NCBI GenBank assembly: GCA_965261595.1
Contig: CBDHDG010000005.1
Coordinates: 128,001-192,000 of the forward strand
From: a bacterium
GTDB lineage: Bacteria > UBA8248 > JACPRG01 > G963555815
Direction: 5' to 3'
DNA: 64,000 nucleotides
Shown here: positions 19,146 to 29,230 of the stretch, in pieces
Position numbering within the stretch: position 1 is the first letter of the stretch
Layout: every line of letters starts with the position of its first letter
Made by a program: the position numbers and the translations under genes
Notes under the pieces: model-generated
What the model saw: the letters and a program-made list of their open reading frames with translations, nothing else
Told to the model about the DNA's origin: nothing
The model's database searches: none

Positions 19146-19708
19146 AGCCGGCCAAACGGATCCTCCGCCTGAGGGTGAACGGCGCGGACGTGGAGGCCGC
19201 GGCCGAGCCCCGGACGCTGCTCCTGGACCTGCTGCGCGATGGCCTGGACCTGACCGGTCTGAAGAAGTCCTGCGACATTCAGGTATGCGGCTCCTGCACG
19301 GTCCTGGTGAACGGGCGGGCGGTCAGCGCCTGCACAACCCTGGCGCTCGACGCCGAAGGCGCCGAAGTGACGACCATCGAGGGACTCGCCGAGAACGGCC
19401 GTCTCGACATCCTCCAGCGGGCCTTCATCGAATACGGCGCCATCCAGTGCGGCTATTGCATCCCGGGAATGATCATGATGGCCCGCGCCCTGTTGAGCGA
19501 GAACCCGAACCCCACCGAAGATGAGGTCCGACTCTACATGGCGGGAAACCTCTGCCGGTGCACCGGGTACAAGAAGATCGTCGAAGCCATCCTGGCCGCT
19601 TCCCGGGGCGAGGTCCGCTTCGACACACCCAACCTCGTCTTCACCCCCCGGGCGGACGAGGAGGAGGCGGAAGACCTCTCCCTCGGCACGTTCCGGTTGA
19701 GCGAGTAG
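19142..19708 (+). CDS. Mo hydroxylase 2Fe-2S subunit (CoxS-like)
   Basis: CDIQVCGSC...C, QCGYCIPG, NLCRCTGY. Confidence 0.95.
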   Translation: MKPAKRILRLRVNGADVEAAAEPRTLLLDLLRDGLDLTGLKKSCDIQVCGSCTVLVNGRAVSACTTLALDAEGAEVTTIEGLAENGRLDILQRAFIEYGAIQCGYCIPGMIMMARALLSENPNPTEDEVRLYMAGNLCRCTGYKKIVEAILAASRGEVRFDTPNLVFTPRADEEEAEDLSLGTFRLSE

Positions 19709-19754
19709 TCCCCCGCGTCTTTGATCGACACGCAATTTTCGTAGAGGTGACCAC

Positions 19755-22052
19755 ATGGCCGACACGCTGAGCGTTGTGGGAAAACGGCTGCCCAAGGTGG
19801 ACGCGCTGCCTAAGGCCACGGGCGAGATGCACTACCTGGCGGACCTCAAGCTGCCGGGGATGCTTTACGGCGCGATCCTCAGAAGCCCTTTCCCCCACGC
19901 CCGAATCCTGAACATCGACACCGCTCCGGCGCAAAGCCTCCCCGGCGTGCGCGCCGTCCTCACGTGCGCAGATACGCCCCAAAAACGCTTCTCATTCGTG
20001 GAATACCTGGCCGACAAATACATCCTCGCCAAGGACAAGGTCCACTACGTGGGCGACGAGGTGGCGGCGGTGGCGGCGGTGGACGAGGAAACGGCGCGGG
20101 CGGCGGCCGATCTCATCCGGGTCGAGTACGAAGAGCTTCCGGCCCTGTACGACGTGGACGAGGCCATGCAGCCCGGAGCCCCCGTCATTCATGAACACAA
20201 AGACTCGAACATCGCCTTCGAGCTGCACCGCAAGTACGGCGATCCGGACCGGGGTTTCGCAGAGTCAGATCACGTGTTCGAAGACCGTTTCGAGACCCAG
20301 CGCGTGGCGCACGCGCCGATGGAGACTCGGGGGTGCGTGGCGCGGTTCGACCTTGCGGGCCGGTTGACGGTTTGGGCTCCGAGCCAGGCCCCCCACACCC
20401 TGAGGAACGAGATTGCGAAGTCCCTCCGCATCCCTCCCTCCCGCGTGCGCGTCTGCAAGCTCCCCACCGGGGGCGCCTTCGGGAACCGGCTGGTCATGGA
20501 CATGACCCCTCCGGTGGCGGCCATCCTCTCGGCCAAGACCGGGCGGGCGGTCAAAATCGTCAACACCCGGCAAGAGGAATTCGAGACCAGCAAAACCCGC
20601 TATCGCTACATCATCGACCTCAAAACAGGCGTCAAGAAAGACGGCCGGGTCCACGCCCGGGCCGCCCGGGTCATCGCCGACAACGGCGCGTACAACGACA
20701 AGGCCCCCGCCATCCTGAGCTTCACGGGCTCGATGTTCTGCCTGATCTACGACGTGGAGCACCTCCAGTACGACGCCTGCGCCGTCTACACGAATCGGCA
20801 ATACGGAACGGGGTTTCGGGGATTCGGCAACCCCCAAATCACCTTCGCCCACGAGCACCAACTCGACCTCATCGCCGAGCGCCTGGGAATGGATCCCCTC
20901 GCGTTGCGCCTGAAAAACGCGAACCGCCCCGGAAAAACCCGGGCCGTCGGGGCCGAGATAAAGGTCATGGACATGACCGAATGCCTGGAGCGGGCGACCG
21001 CCGCGGCCGGCTGGGCCGAGAAGCGGAAGACGTACGGCAAGCGCGAGCCCGGCGGGCCGTGGCGGGGGATCGGGGTCGCCACGATGATCCACACGGCCGG
21101 CGGCAACCGGTTCTATGGCTACAACGCGGCGTCTTCGGTGGTGAAAGTGTCCGAGGACGGGATGGTGACCCTCGTCACCCCGGCCTGCGACGTGGGCCAG
21201 GGCGCGCAGACCGTCGTGGCGCAGATTTGCGCCGAGGAGATGGGCGTCTCCCTGGACGACGTGGTGATCATCACCGACGACACCGACCTGACCCCCTATG
21301 ACCTCGGCTCGTGGGGGAGCCGGACGACGTGGGTGGTGGGCCAGGCCGCTCAGGCCGCGGCCCGGGAGGCCAAAGGGCAGATCCTGGAAACCGTGGCGGA
21401 GGCCCTCGAGGTCTCGCCCGAAGATTTGGAATCCCGCGACGGCTGGGTCGGCGTTCCGGGTGCCCCCGAGCGGGGGATGTCCTTCGCCGCCGCCGTCGAT
21501 CTGTGCTTCAAGAAAAGGGGAAGCCCGATCCAGGCGGAGGGGAAATTCATCGACGAAGCCGCACCCGAATTCAAGGACTGGGAGACCCAGAGCCCGAACT
21601 ATTCTTCGGCGGCCCACGTGGTCGAGGTCGAGGTGAGCCCGGAGACGGGCCAGGTCCGCGTCCTGGACTTCAAGGCCGCCCACGGCATCGGCCGGGCCAT
21701 CAACCCCATGGCCGCCGAAGGACAGATCGAAGGGAGCGTCGCACAGGGCGTGGGCTTCGTGCTGATGGAAGAATTGCTCCTGGACGGAGGCAAGACCATC
21801 AACCCCAGCTTCGCCGACTACAAGATCCCCAGCTTCCTGGACTTGCCGCGCGTGGAAGCCATCCTGGTCGAAAACCCCGACCCGGACGGCCCGTTCGGGG
21901 CCTCGGGCATCGGCGAGCCGGGTTTGGTTCCCACGGCCGCGGCCGTGGCCAATGCCATCGCCCACGCGACGGGCTGCCATTTCAGAACCTTGCCCGTCAC
22001 CGCCGAAAAAATCCTGAAAGCCTTGAAAGACCGGGACGCGGCCGAACCGTAA
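19755..22052 (+). CDS. Xanthine dehydrogenase-family molybdopterin subunit
   Basis: LRSPFPHA, GGAFG, FRGFG, GPFGASGIGE. Confidence 0.95.
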   Translation: MADTLSVVGKRLPKVDALPKATGEMHYLADLKLPGMLYGAILRSPFPHARILNIDTAPAQSLPGVRAVLTCADTPQKRFSFVEYLADKYILAKDKVHYVGDEVAAVAAVDEETARAAADLIRVEYEELPALYDVDEAMQPGAPVIHEHKDSNIAFELHRKYGDPDRGFAESDHVFEDRFETQRVAHAPMETRGCVARFDLAGRLTVWAPSQAPHTLRNEIAKSLRIPPSRVRVCKLPTGGAFGNRLVMDMTPPVAAILSAKTGRAVKIVNTRQEEFETSKTRYRYIIDLKTGVKKDGRVHARAARVIADNGAYNDKAPAILSFTGSMFCLIYDVEHLQYDACAVYTNRQYGTGFRGFGNPQITFAHEHQLDLIAERLGMDPLALRLKNANRPGKTRAVGAEIKVMDMTECLERATAAAGWAEKRKTYGKREPGGPWRGIGVATMIHTAGGNRFYGYNAASSVVKVSEDGMVTLVTPACDVGQGAQTVVAQICAEEMGVSLDDVVIITDDTDLTPYDLGSWGSRTTWVVGQAAQAAAREAKGQILETVAEALEVSPEDLESRDGWVGVPGAPERGMSFAAAVDLCFKKRGSPIQAEGKFIDEAAPEFKDWETQSPNYSSAAHVVEVEVSPETGQVRVLDFKAAHGIGRAINPMAAEGQIEGSVAQGVGFVLMEELLLDGGKTINPSFADYKIPSFLDLPRVEAILVENPDPDGPFGASGIGEPGLVPTAAAVANAIAHATGCHFRTLPVTAEKILKALKDRDAAEP

Positions 22053-22162
22053 GGGCGGCAAGCGCCGTCCATGCACCCCATCCGGACCCGGGAAACACCG
22101 GTTGCGGCGGAGAACCATCATTTCCAGGAATCCCGGGAGAAATTTACCGAGGAGACAGCCTG

Positions 22163-23170
22163 ATGTCAGACCGGCTTCAGTTCGGCGTCAACATCAACAC
22201 CCGCGTACCGATCATCTACCCCGATTTCTATACGGCCCAAGACATGTACGAGATGGCCGAAGAGGTCGAGAGCCTGGGGTTCGACTCGGTTTGGTGCGGG
22301 GACAACTTCTTCGAGAAGGCGCGCGTCGAGTCGACCACCACCCTCGGCGCGTGCGCGTCGCGCACAAAGCGCGTCAAGCTCAGCACGGCCTCCTTCATCC
22401 TGACGACCCGGAACACGGCGTGGATGGCCCTGACCTGGGCGAGCCTGGACCAGCTCTCGGGCGGGCGGATGATCATGACCGTCTGCGTGGGCGGCGGAAG
22501 CCCCGAGGCCGGAGGCACCCAAGCACATGAGCAATACACCGTTGTGGGCGTGCCTTACAAAAAGCGCGGCTTCTACATGGAGGAGCAGATCAAGCTCCTT
22601 CGCCGGCTCTGGCTCGAGTCGAACGTCGTCAACGAAAGCGACATGCCCTTCCACACCTACAGCGGAATCTCCGTGGACGTGCGGCCCGTCCAGAAGCCGA
22701 TCCCCATCTGGATCTCCAACAACCCCCAAATCTTTCCCGTCAAGCCGCACGTCAAGGAGCGGATGATGCGGCGGGTGGGGGAGCTGGCGGACGGCTGGCA
22801 GACCTGCACGGCAACCCCCGCCGAGTACGAAGAGCTCTTCGGGATAGTGAAGGGTTACGCCAAGGACGCCGGACGGCGCCCCGAGGACATCGTGGGGGGC
22901 TATCAGTTGACGTGCAGTCTCCGCCCCAATCCAGACCAGGCCCGGAAAGAGGCGCTCGAATTCCTCAACAAGTACTACGTCACGGAATTCACCGACCTTT
23001 CCCAATCCATGTGGAACCGGGACCCCTTCGGGACGCCGGACGATGTCATCCGCAATATCGAGGGCCTCGCGGAGAAAGGGTGCCGGCACTACTGCGTCCG
23101 GTTTGCCACGTACGACCAGTTCGCGCAAATGCGTCTCTTCTCGGAAAAGGTTCTCCCGCGCTTTCAATAA
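22163..23170 (+). CDS. LLM-class flavin-dependent oxidoreductase
   Basis: GFDSVWCGD, SLDQLSGGR, PVQKPIPIW, VGELADGW. Confidence 0.9.
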   Translation: MSDRLQFGVNINTRVPIIYPDFYTAQDMYEMAEEVESLGFDSVWCGDNFFEKARVESTTTLGACASRTKRVKLSTASFILTTRNTAWMALTWASLDQLSGGRMIMTVCVGGGSPEAGGTQAHEQYTVVGVPYKKRGFYMEEQIKLLRRLWLESNVVNESDMPFHTYSGISVDVRPVQKPIPIWISNNPQIFPVKPHVKERMMRRVGELADGWQTCTATPAEYEELFGIVKGYAKDAGRRPEDIVGGYQLTCSLRPNPDQARKEALEFLNKYYVTEFTDLSQSMWNRDPFGTPDDVIRNIEGLAEKGCRHYCVRFATYDQFAQMRLFSEKVLPRFQ

Positions 23171-23201
23171 GCGCGCATGCGCGAAGGAGGGAGATCCTGT
23201 C

Positions 23202-23720
23202 ATGAGTGGAGCCTTCGACCGCACGACGCTCATCCTCGCCGCCGTCGCCGCCGCGCTTGTCGTTTATCACTACGAGAGGACGGGTCAAATTCCCTGGGTT
23301 TCAGCCAGCCAGGCGGGCCGGATTCTTGTCAGCATCCTGCCGAAAATCGTTTGCGGCTTTCTGATCGGCACGTTGCTTCTGGAAGCGCTGCCCGAGGCGT
23401 TGGTGCGGAATTGGCTTTCGGACCGTTCCGGCTGGAAGGGGATCGCCATCGGCTGGGCCGCGGGGAGCCTGATGCCCATAGGCGCGCCCTTCGTGATGCT
23501 GCCCATGATGGCGGGCCTGCTCAAAGAGGGTGCGGGCATGGGCCCCGTCGTGACGCTTCTGACGGCAACGGCCCTCCTTGGACCATCGCGCATCTTCGTC
23601 TACGAGATTCCGATTATGGGGGGCGGCTTCTTCCTGGTGCGCTTCGCGTCGGTGTTTTGGGTGCCGCCGGTCACGGGCGTTATCGCCCACTTCGTGGCGA
23701 CCCGGTTCCCGGCCGGTTGA
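23202..23720 (+). CDS. Small predicted permease
   Basis: Hydrophobic; WLSDRSGWKGI, GAGMGPVVTLL. Confidence 0.75.
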   Translation: MSGAFDRTTLILAAVAAALVVYHYERTGQIPWVSASQAGRILVSILPKIVCGFLIGTLLLEALPEALVRNWLSDRSGWKGIAIGWAAGSLMPIGAPFVMLPMMAGLLKEGAGMGPVVTLLTATALLGPSRIFVYEIPIMGGGFFLVRFASVFWVPPVTGVIAHFVATRFPAG

Positions 23721-24069
23721 ACGCCGGTCCGAGACGCGCTCCGTCAAGCTGAACGTGGATTTTGCGAACAGCGCTTCAACAGGATCGCATATTCGTAATC
23801 CATAGAATCTTCGGCAAAGCTTTCCCCCCTTTTTCCATGACGATTTTCCAAATCAAAACACTCGCCGGAAGCAGGCTCAGACCAGGAACGCGCAGGGGGC
23901 GGGAAGACTCGATCACGCGTCGGAGCCGCCTCCGGCGAGACTCACACCGGATCGATTTGTTCTCTGTCAATGGGTGGCTTCTATGTGGCAAAAGAAGACA
24001 TCTGATTTTCAAGAAGATTCTTGGGAACCATTCCCACATCAGGTGGAGAGTTCTTTCGGAGGGAAGAGA

Positions 24070-24230
24070 ATGAATCGCATCAGGAAGGGCGTATTGGCGC
24101 TTGCGTTAATGGTGGGATTGATCGGATGGAGCGGCCCTGGATGGACGGCCGATCCGGGGGTCACGGATACCGAGGTGGTCCTCGGCGCATGGTTCCCGCT
24201 GACGGGTTTTCTGTCCTTCACCGGGACATC
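24070..24230 (+). pseudogene. N-terminal stub of a branched-chain amino acid-type ABC substrate-binding protein
   Basis: Signal peptide plus PGVTDTEVVLGAWFPLTG, then abuts the hepT remnant. Confidence 0.65.
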
Positions 24231-24235
24231 CGAGC

Positions 24236-24428
24236 GGATATCGGGATTGCGCTCGCGCAATTCTCGGGACAACATGGAGGCTGCTTCGCCGATGATCTGT
24301 AGGTGGTGGACCACCCAGACTTAAACAAGTTTTTCCCCGAGAAACGTTTCTTTTCCCTTGGCCGCGTACTCTTCGATGTTGGCGATGGCTTCCTGAATGT
24401 CGAGAAGGCGTTGCTGGTCATCCCGCAT
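24236..24428 (-). pseudogene. hepT: HEPN (DUF86) toxin, internal stop and truncated
   Basis: MRDDQQRLLDIQEAI...LV*VWVVHHLQIIGEAA...NPDI; ends before the RxxxxH motif. Confidence 0.8.
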
Positions 24429-24429
24429 C

Positions 24430-24723
24430 GGGGTCCTAAGGGGACGGCTTCTTTCATGACGCGCTCGCGGACGCGCGGCCTGAGACCCCAGTCGCTCACC
24501 AGGTTGACCTTGCAGCCCAGGAGGTCTTCCAGCTCCTGCGCGAGATCCACATGCCCAAACAGGCTCATGTCCGGCCCCGGGTGGATGAGGAGATCGATGT
24601 CGCTCTCGGGACCGAAGTCGCCGCGCGCCACCGAGCCGAATACGCGCACATTGCTGGCGCCGCGTCCCTCAACGGTTTCCAGAATTTTTGCCCTCTTCTC
24701 CTTCAAGATTTTTCAAGATTCAT
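24430..24723 (-). pseudogene. mntA: Minimal nucleotidyltransferase antitoxin, frameshifted near the start
   Basis: VFGSVARG...SDIDLL, ELEDLLG, EAVPL. Confidence 0.8.
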
Positions 24724-24869
24724 CCTGGACCCCCGCATTCTTACATCAGCTTCCTCACCCCAAGAGCGCGCAATGGGAAGGCCTACCGCCGAGACCTCTT
24801 CCCTCGGCTCCTGTTAGCACTCGAGAGAAAAACAGTCACGGGATTCTCCCGCAACCCTTTGAAATCAAA

Positions 24870-24919
24870 TGGTGGAGCTGAGGAGGATCGAGCCCATAGC
24901 CTCATGACCGCCGGTCAAA
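24870..24919 (-). other. Degenerate 3' half of tRNA-Ala (att-like remnant)
   Basis: Minus strand reads TTTGACCGGCGGTCATGAGGCTATGGGCTCGATCCTCCTCAGCTCCACCA (decayed GGC anticodon arm, T arm, CCA). Confidence 0.75.
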
Positions 24920-24947
24920 TCAGAAAGCCTTGAATCATCGGCCCGAT

Positions 24948-25883
24948 TCATTTTGGCGGCACTGCTCCGGTTGTTTCAACGATGAGGCCATAGTGCTCAG
25001 GACGGCGGTGGGCGGCGAAATCAAATGTGGTCTCTCTGAGGTACCGGCCGGCTTCCAGATCGCATTTCGCCACGATTAATTCATCCTCCAGTGTCAGACT
25101 CTGGGCGACGATTTCGCCGGTGGGCGAGATGATGACGCTGCGACCCATCATATCGACCCCCTCCTCTCGGCCGGCCTTGGCGACACCGACCACCCACGCG
25201 CCGTTCTGGTAGGCCCCCGCCTGCATGGAGAGGTGGTTGTGAAAGGCGCGCAGATGCGGCGGCTCAAACAGCAGCCCGTTCAGCGTGGGGGTGTTATAGC
25301 CGATGAGGACCAGTTCGACCCCTTGCAGCCCCAGGACGCGAAAGGCTTCGGGCCAGCGGCGATCGTTGCAAATCAGAATTCCGATCAATCCGCCCATGGC
25401 CTTCCAAACCTTGAAACCGAGGTTTCCCACATCGAAGTAGCGCTTTTCGAGGTGCTGAAACATGCGTTTGGGGTCCTCTTCCGCGTGGCCCGGAAGATGG
25501 ATCTTGCGGTACTTGCCGATGACGTGGCCCGACGGGTCCACGAGGATGGCGGTATTGTAACGGTGGAATTTCCCGTTTTCCTCGGTCAGTTCCGCGAACC
25601 CCAGATGAAAACCGATCTGAAGCCGCGCCGCTTCCTCGAAAAGCGGACGGGTTTCTTCGTTGGGCATCTCACGCTCATAAAAACCGTTCAGTTCTTCCTC
25701 ATTCTCGATGTGCCAGCGCGGGAAAAAGCTCGTCAGCGCGAGTTCGGGATAGACGACAAGCCCGCACCCCCGCTCCTTGGCCTCCCGCAAGAGGGCAAGC
25801 ATCCGCTGGACTACGGACCCGCGTGGCTCGTTCCGCGCGATCGGTCCAAGTTGTGCGCCGCCCACCGTCAGAATTCTCGACAT
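24948..25883 (-). CDS. N-carbamoyl-D-amino acid hydrolase (nitrilase superfamily)
   Basis: AQLGPI, YPELALTSFFPRW, YRKIHLPGH, ICNDRRWPE, GYNTP. Confidence 0.93.
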   Translation of the reverse strand: MSRILTVGGAQLGPIARNEPRGSVVQRMLALLREAKERGCGLVVYPELALTSFFPRWHIENEEELNGFYEREMPNEETRPLFEEAARLQIGFHLGFAELTEENGKFHRYNTAILVDPSGHVIGKYRKIHLPGHAEEDPKRMFQHLEKRYFDVGNLGFKVWKAMGGLIGILICNDRRWPEAFRVLGLQGVELVLIGYNTPTLNGLLFEPPHLRAFHNHLSMQAGAYQNGAWVVGVAKAGREEGVDMMGRSVIISPTGEIVAQSLTLEDELIVAKCDLEAGRYLRETTFDFAAHRRPEHYGLIVETTGAVPPK

Positions 25884-26072
25884 GGACCTCCCTCCGTGAT
25901 TCGTGAACGATCTATGATTCCGGCACTTTGGCACGTTTCGCGGATAAACCCAAGAAGAGCAAACGCGAAATAAGGCGATTCGATTGGGTCTTTTATTGAA
26001 CATCAGTCCCCCGCTCTAGGGTTTTGTTGGACACTCGATTGATCCATGATTCATGGAGAAAGGGGTGTCGCG

Positions 26073-26459
26073 ATGAACGAACAAAAGCAAGAGGGGGCTT
26101 TGGCGGAGGGCGCCCGCAGGGCGAACGGAGCCAAGGCCCCAGGGCATCGCAGTGAGCGGGGTCGGTTCTCCTGCCAGCGCAAGCGGGAGGCGGTCCTGCG
26201 TCTTTTGCGGGGCGAGAGCCTGGAGACGCTCTGCCGCGAGTTGGGCACGACAGCGGCTCGGCTTTCCGCCTGGCGCGAGGCGTTCCTTCGCGGGGGCGAG
26301 GCGGCGCTCAAAGCCCGCCCGGCGGATGAGCGGGACGAGGAGAACGCCCGGCTCAAGGCCAAGGTGGGCGAACTCACGATGGAGGGCGAGGTCCTGCGGG
26401 AGAAGATCGACCGCCTGGAGGCCGGCCGCCCTTTAGCCGGCAGGAGGTGGAGGCGATGA
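26073..26459 (+). CDS. IS3 OrfA
   Basis: Same protein as copy 1. Confidence 0.9.
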   Translation: MNEQKQEGALAEGARRANGAKAPGHRSERGRFSCQRKREAVLRLLRGESLETLCRELGTTAARLSAWREAFLRGGEAALKARPADERDEENARLKAKVGELTMEGEVLREKIDRLEAGRPLAGRRWRR

Positions 26460-27364
26460 GTCAGGCCCGCTTCACCTCCACGGGCAGAGCCTACGGCCTG
26501 AAGCGGGTGTGCGCCCTTTGGGGCTTGGCGCGCTCCACGGTCTACGCGCAACGGCGGCGAGAGGCGGTCCCCGTTCATGAACGCCCCACGCCCAATAAGC
26601 GCGGCCCTGTGGGCCCGTGCACCGATGCGGAACTCCTCGGCCACATCCGGCAGGTCCTGGAGGACTCTCCCTTCCATGGCGAGGGCTACCGCAAGGTGTG
26701 GGCGAGGCTGCGCTTCGCGGGCATCCGCACCAGCAAGGAGCGGGTGCGTCGCCTGATGCGGGAGGCGGGGCTTCAGGCCCCCCACCGGGTGGGCAAACCC
26801 CGAGGTCCCAAGGCCCACAACGGGACCATCCGCACCGAGCGGCCCGACCGAATGTGGGGCACGGACATGACGACGACGGTGACCACCGAGGAGGGGATGG
26901 CCTCGGTGTTCGTGGCGGTGGATCACTGCTCGGTGGACTGCGTGGGGATCCATGCGGCCAAGAGCGGCAACCGCTTCGAGGCCCTGGAGCCGATCCGGCA
27001 GGGGGTCGCCGAGCGCTTCGCCGGCTTGGAGGCGGACGTCGCCGAGGGGCTTAAAGTTCGTCACGACCACGGCCCCGCCTATCTGTCCGATGACTTTCAG
27101 CGGGAGATCGCCTACCTGGGCATGACCAGTTCGCCCAGCTTCGTGCGGGCGCCCGAGGGAAATGGCTACTGTGAGTGGTTCATCCGCATCTTGAAGGAGA
27201 ATCTCCTGTGGGTGCGCTCTTTCGCCACCGTAGAGGAACTGCGGTGGGCGCTGCTTGAGTTCAAGAACCTGTACAACCATCATTGGATTCTCGAGGGCTA
27301 CGGCTACCGAACGCCGGCCCAGGCAAGGCAGGAAAAACTCGCTCAAGTTGCGGAGGCCGCATGA
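26447..27364 (+). CDS. IS3 OrfB DDE transposase
   Basis: WGTD, HDHG, NGYCE. Confidence 0.92.
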   Translation: MEAMSQARFTSTGRAYGLKRVCALWGLARSTVYAQRRREAVPVHERPTPNKRGPVGPCTDAELLGHIRQVLEDSPFHGEGYRKVWARLRFAGIRTSKERVRRLMREAGLQAPHRVGKPRGPKAHNGTIRTERPDRMWGTDMTTTVTTEEGMASVFVAVDHCSVDCVGIHAAKSGNRFEALEPIRQGVAERFAGLEADVAEGLKVRHDHGPAYLSDDFQREIAYLGMTSSPSFVRAPEGNGYCEWFIRILKENLLWVRSFATVEELRWALLEFKNLYNHHWILEGYGYRTPAQARQEKLAQVAEAA

Positions 27365-27607
27365 GGTCGAATACCCTCACCCGAGTGTCCAATAACCCAG
27401 GGGCGGTCCATCAGCATCCAGCCGGGTTCGCCTACGCTTTGCAGGGGTTTCCTCGCGGGAATTTGAATGAGAGGCCTGGCCCCGTCCTCATTGGATGGTT
27501 CCGGATGGGTTCAAAAAAGGGAGGGTGAATCAGTGGTAAACTGGGGATTCCGATGTCATTTGCGGATTGCGGGATTGCGAAACTGGAGTCATTTGGGAAA
27601 TCCCGGT

Positions 27608-28576
27608 TTGAGCCAGCTCATCACACTGGATGAGATCAGACAAAGCCGTGAGAACCTACCCGCCTTCATCCGGCGGACGCCCATCCTCCCCATCGGAAGG
27701 GGCCCCGCCGAGACCGGCCGCGAGGGTCTCTTCGTCAAGGCCGAAAATCTCCAGGTCACCGGCGCCTATAAGCCCCGCGCCGCCTTCAGCATCCTGAACG
27801 CCGTTTCGCCGAAAGCGCGGACGGCCGGGGTGGTGATGAGCTCATCGGGGAACTTCGCTCAGGCGTTCGCCTATGCCGGGGCTTCCATGGGCGTGCCGAT
27901 CGTGGTCGTCATGCCGGAGGGGACAAGCCCGTACAAGATCGATGCCGCGCGGGGCTACGGGGCCGAAGTCTGTTTTTGCCGGGAAACCCTCGACCGCCAA
28001 CCCACGGTGGAGCGCGTCGCCCGTGAACGGGGGATGACGGCCGTCGACACGTGGGAGCACCCCATGACGGTGGCCGGACACGGCACCCTGGGGCTGGAAA
28101 TCCTCGAGGACCTTCCGGACGTGGAGCAGATCCTGGTCCCCGTCGGCAGCGCGGGCCTGGCCGCGGGAATTGCCACCGCCGTGAAGGAGTCGCGCCCCGA
28201 GGTGAAGGTCATCGGCGTTCAGCCAGAGCGGGCCAACGCGGCGTATGTTTCCCTCCAGCGAGGCAAGCCGGTGACGATCGACGATTGGGACAGCATCGCC
28301 GACGGCCTCGCGCCGAGGCGTCCGGGCGACCTTCCTTTCCGCCACATCCGGAAGTATCTGGACGGAATGGTGTTGATCGCCGAGGCGGACATCGCCTCCG
28401 CGTTCCGGACGCTGCTCTTCCGGGGAAAGATCCTGGCCGAGCCAGCCGGCGCCGTCGCCCCGGCGGCCTTTCTGACGGACAAGGTGGACACCGCCCGCAA
28501 GACCATCGCCCTCGTCACAGGCGGCAACCTGACCGAAGCGGTGATGCGGAAGATGCTGGAGATGCCGGCGGAATGA
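27608..28576 (+). CDS. PLP-dependent threonine/serine dehydratase family protein
   Basis: KAENLQVTGAYKPR, SSGNFAQ, GHGTLGLEI, AEPAGA; start uncertain. Confidence 0.9.
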   Translation: MSQLITLDEIRQSRENLPAFIRRTPILPIGRGPAETGREGLFVKAENLQVTGAYKPRAAFSILNAVSPKARTAGVVMSSSGNFAQAFAYAGASMGVPIVVVMPEGTSPYKIDAARGYGAEVCFCRETLDRQPTVERVARERGMTAVDTWEHPMTVAGHGTLGLEILEDLPDVEQILVPVGSAGLAAGIATAVKESRPEVKVIGVQPERANAAYVSLQRGKPVTIDDWDSIADGLAPRRPGDLPFRHIRKYLDGMVLIAEADIASAFRTLLFRGKILAEPAGAVAPAAFLTDKVDTARKTIALVTGGNLTEAVMRKMLEMPAE

Positions 28577-28604
28577 AGATCGGGAACAGGAAGGAGAAGG
28601 ATCG

Positions 28605-28715
28605 CGGACACCCGAATTATCTTCGAGAGATGATGGGACGCGCGGACATCCATGTGACGATGCGCTACGCGCATTGGTCACCGGCCCATAAGGCGGCCGC
28701 GGTGCGGAAGTTTGG
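28605..28715 (+). pseudogene. Tyrosine integrase C-terminal remnant
   Basis: LREMMGRADIHVTMRYAH, a degenerate LGH..I..T.RYAH, next to an att site. Confidence 0.7.
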
Positions 28716-28797
28716 AAACTTATGGAAACTTCGCCGAAATCGGAAGGTGATGGGAAAAAACCGGCGACTGGAACTGATTGATACGCAACAAGTCATT

Positions 28798-28820
28798 TGG
28801 TGGAGCTGAGGGGGATCGAA
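28798..28820 (-). other. tRNA-Ala 3' end duplication (att site)
   Basis: Minus strand TTCGATCCCCCTCAGCTCCACCA; matches the 24870 remnant. Confidence 0.85.
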
Positions 28821-28907
28821 TATATCGTTTAACTTATTGAATATATACAACTTAGATAATTCCAGACGGTCATGTTACCACTATTTTTCCCACGCAAATG
28901 ATGGGGT

Positions 28908-29213
28908 CTAAAGCCCGAGTGCCGTCCTTCGCCGCCATCGGAGATAAGAACAGGCGAGTGGACAGGCGGAAACCGACCGTTCCAGATGCACGGCCAATTC
29001 GGCAACCTCCCCTTGCCCAGCCCGTCCGATTCCGCCGGGAGTATCGCGGATCAAGTCGTACAGTTTCCGATCTTCCTCCGGGGTCCAATTGGGAGCCGAG
29101 AGGCGTGGCGCAAGGGGGTCGCCCCGTTTCTTCCATAGCGCCCAATGAGTATGGCAAAGCCCACGCGCGGCCATCTTCTGCTCACATCCGGGGATCGTAC
29201 AAGTGCTAGTCAT
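28908..29213 (-). CDS. Small phage-type protein with Cys/His zinc motif and Myb-like segment
   Basis: CTIPGC...RGLCHTH; WTPEEDRKL. Confidence 0.6.
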   Translation of the reverse strand: MTSTCTIPGCEQKMAARGLCHTHWALWKKRGDPLAPRLSAPNWTPEEDRKLYDLIRDTPGGIGRAGQGEVAELAVHLERSVSACPLACSYLRWRRRTALGL

Positions 29214-29230
29214 CGTTCACCCCCACCGCC

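Larger units (their letters stand above)
26007..27410 (+). mobile_element. IS3-family element, copy 2, intact
   Basis: 4-bp TSD TCAG; OrfA 26073-26459, OrfB 26447-27364. Confidence 0.95.

Noticed and set aside
24870..24919. Functional tRNA gene
   Set aside because: Only a degenerate 3' half; no D arm or 5' acceptor strand
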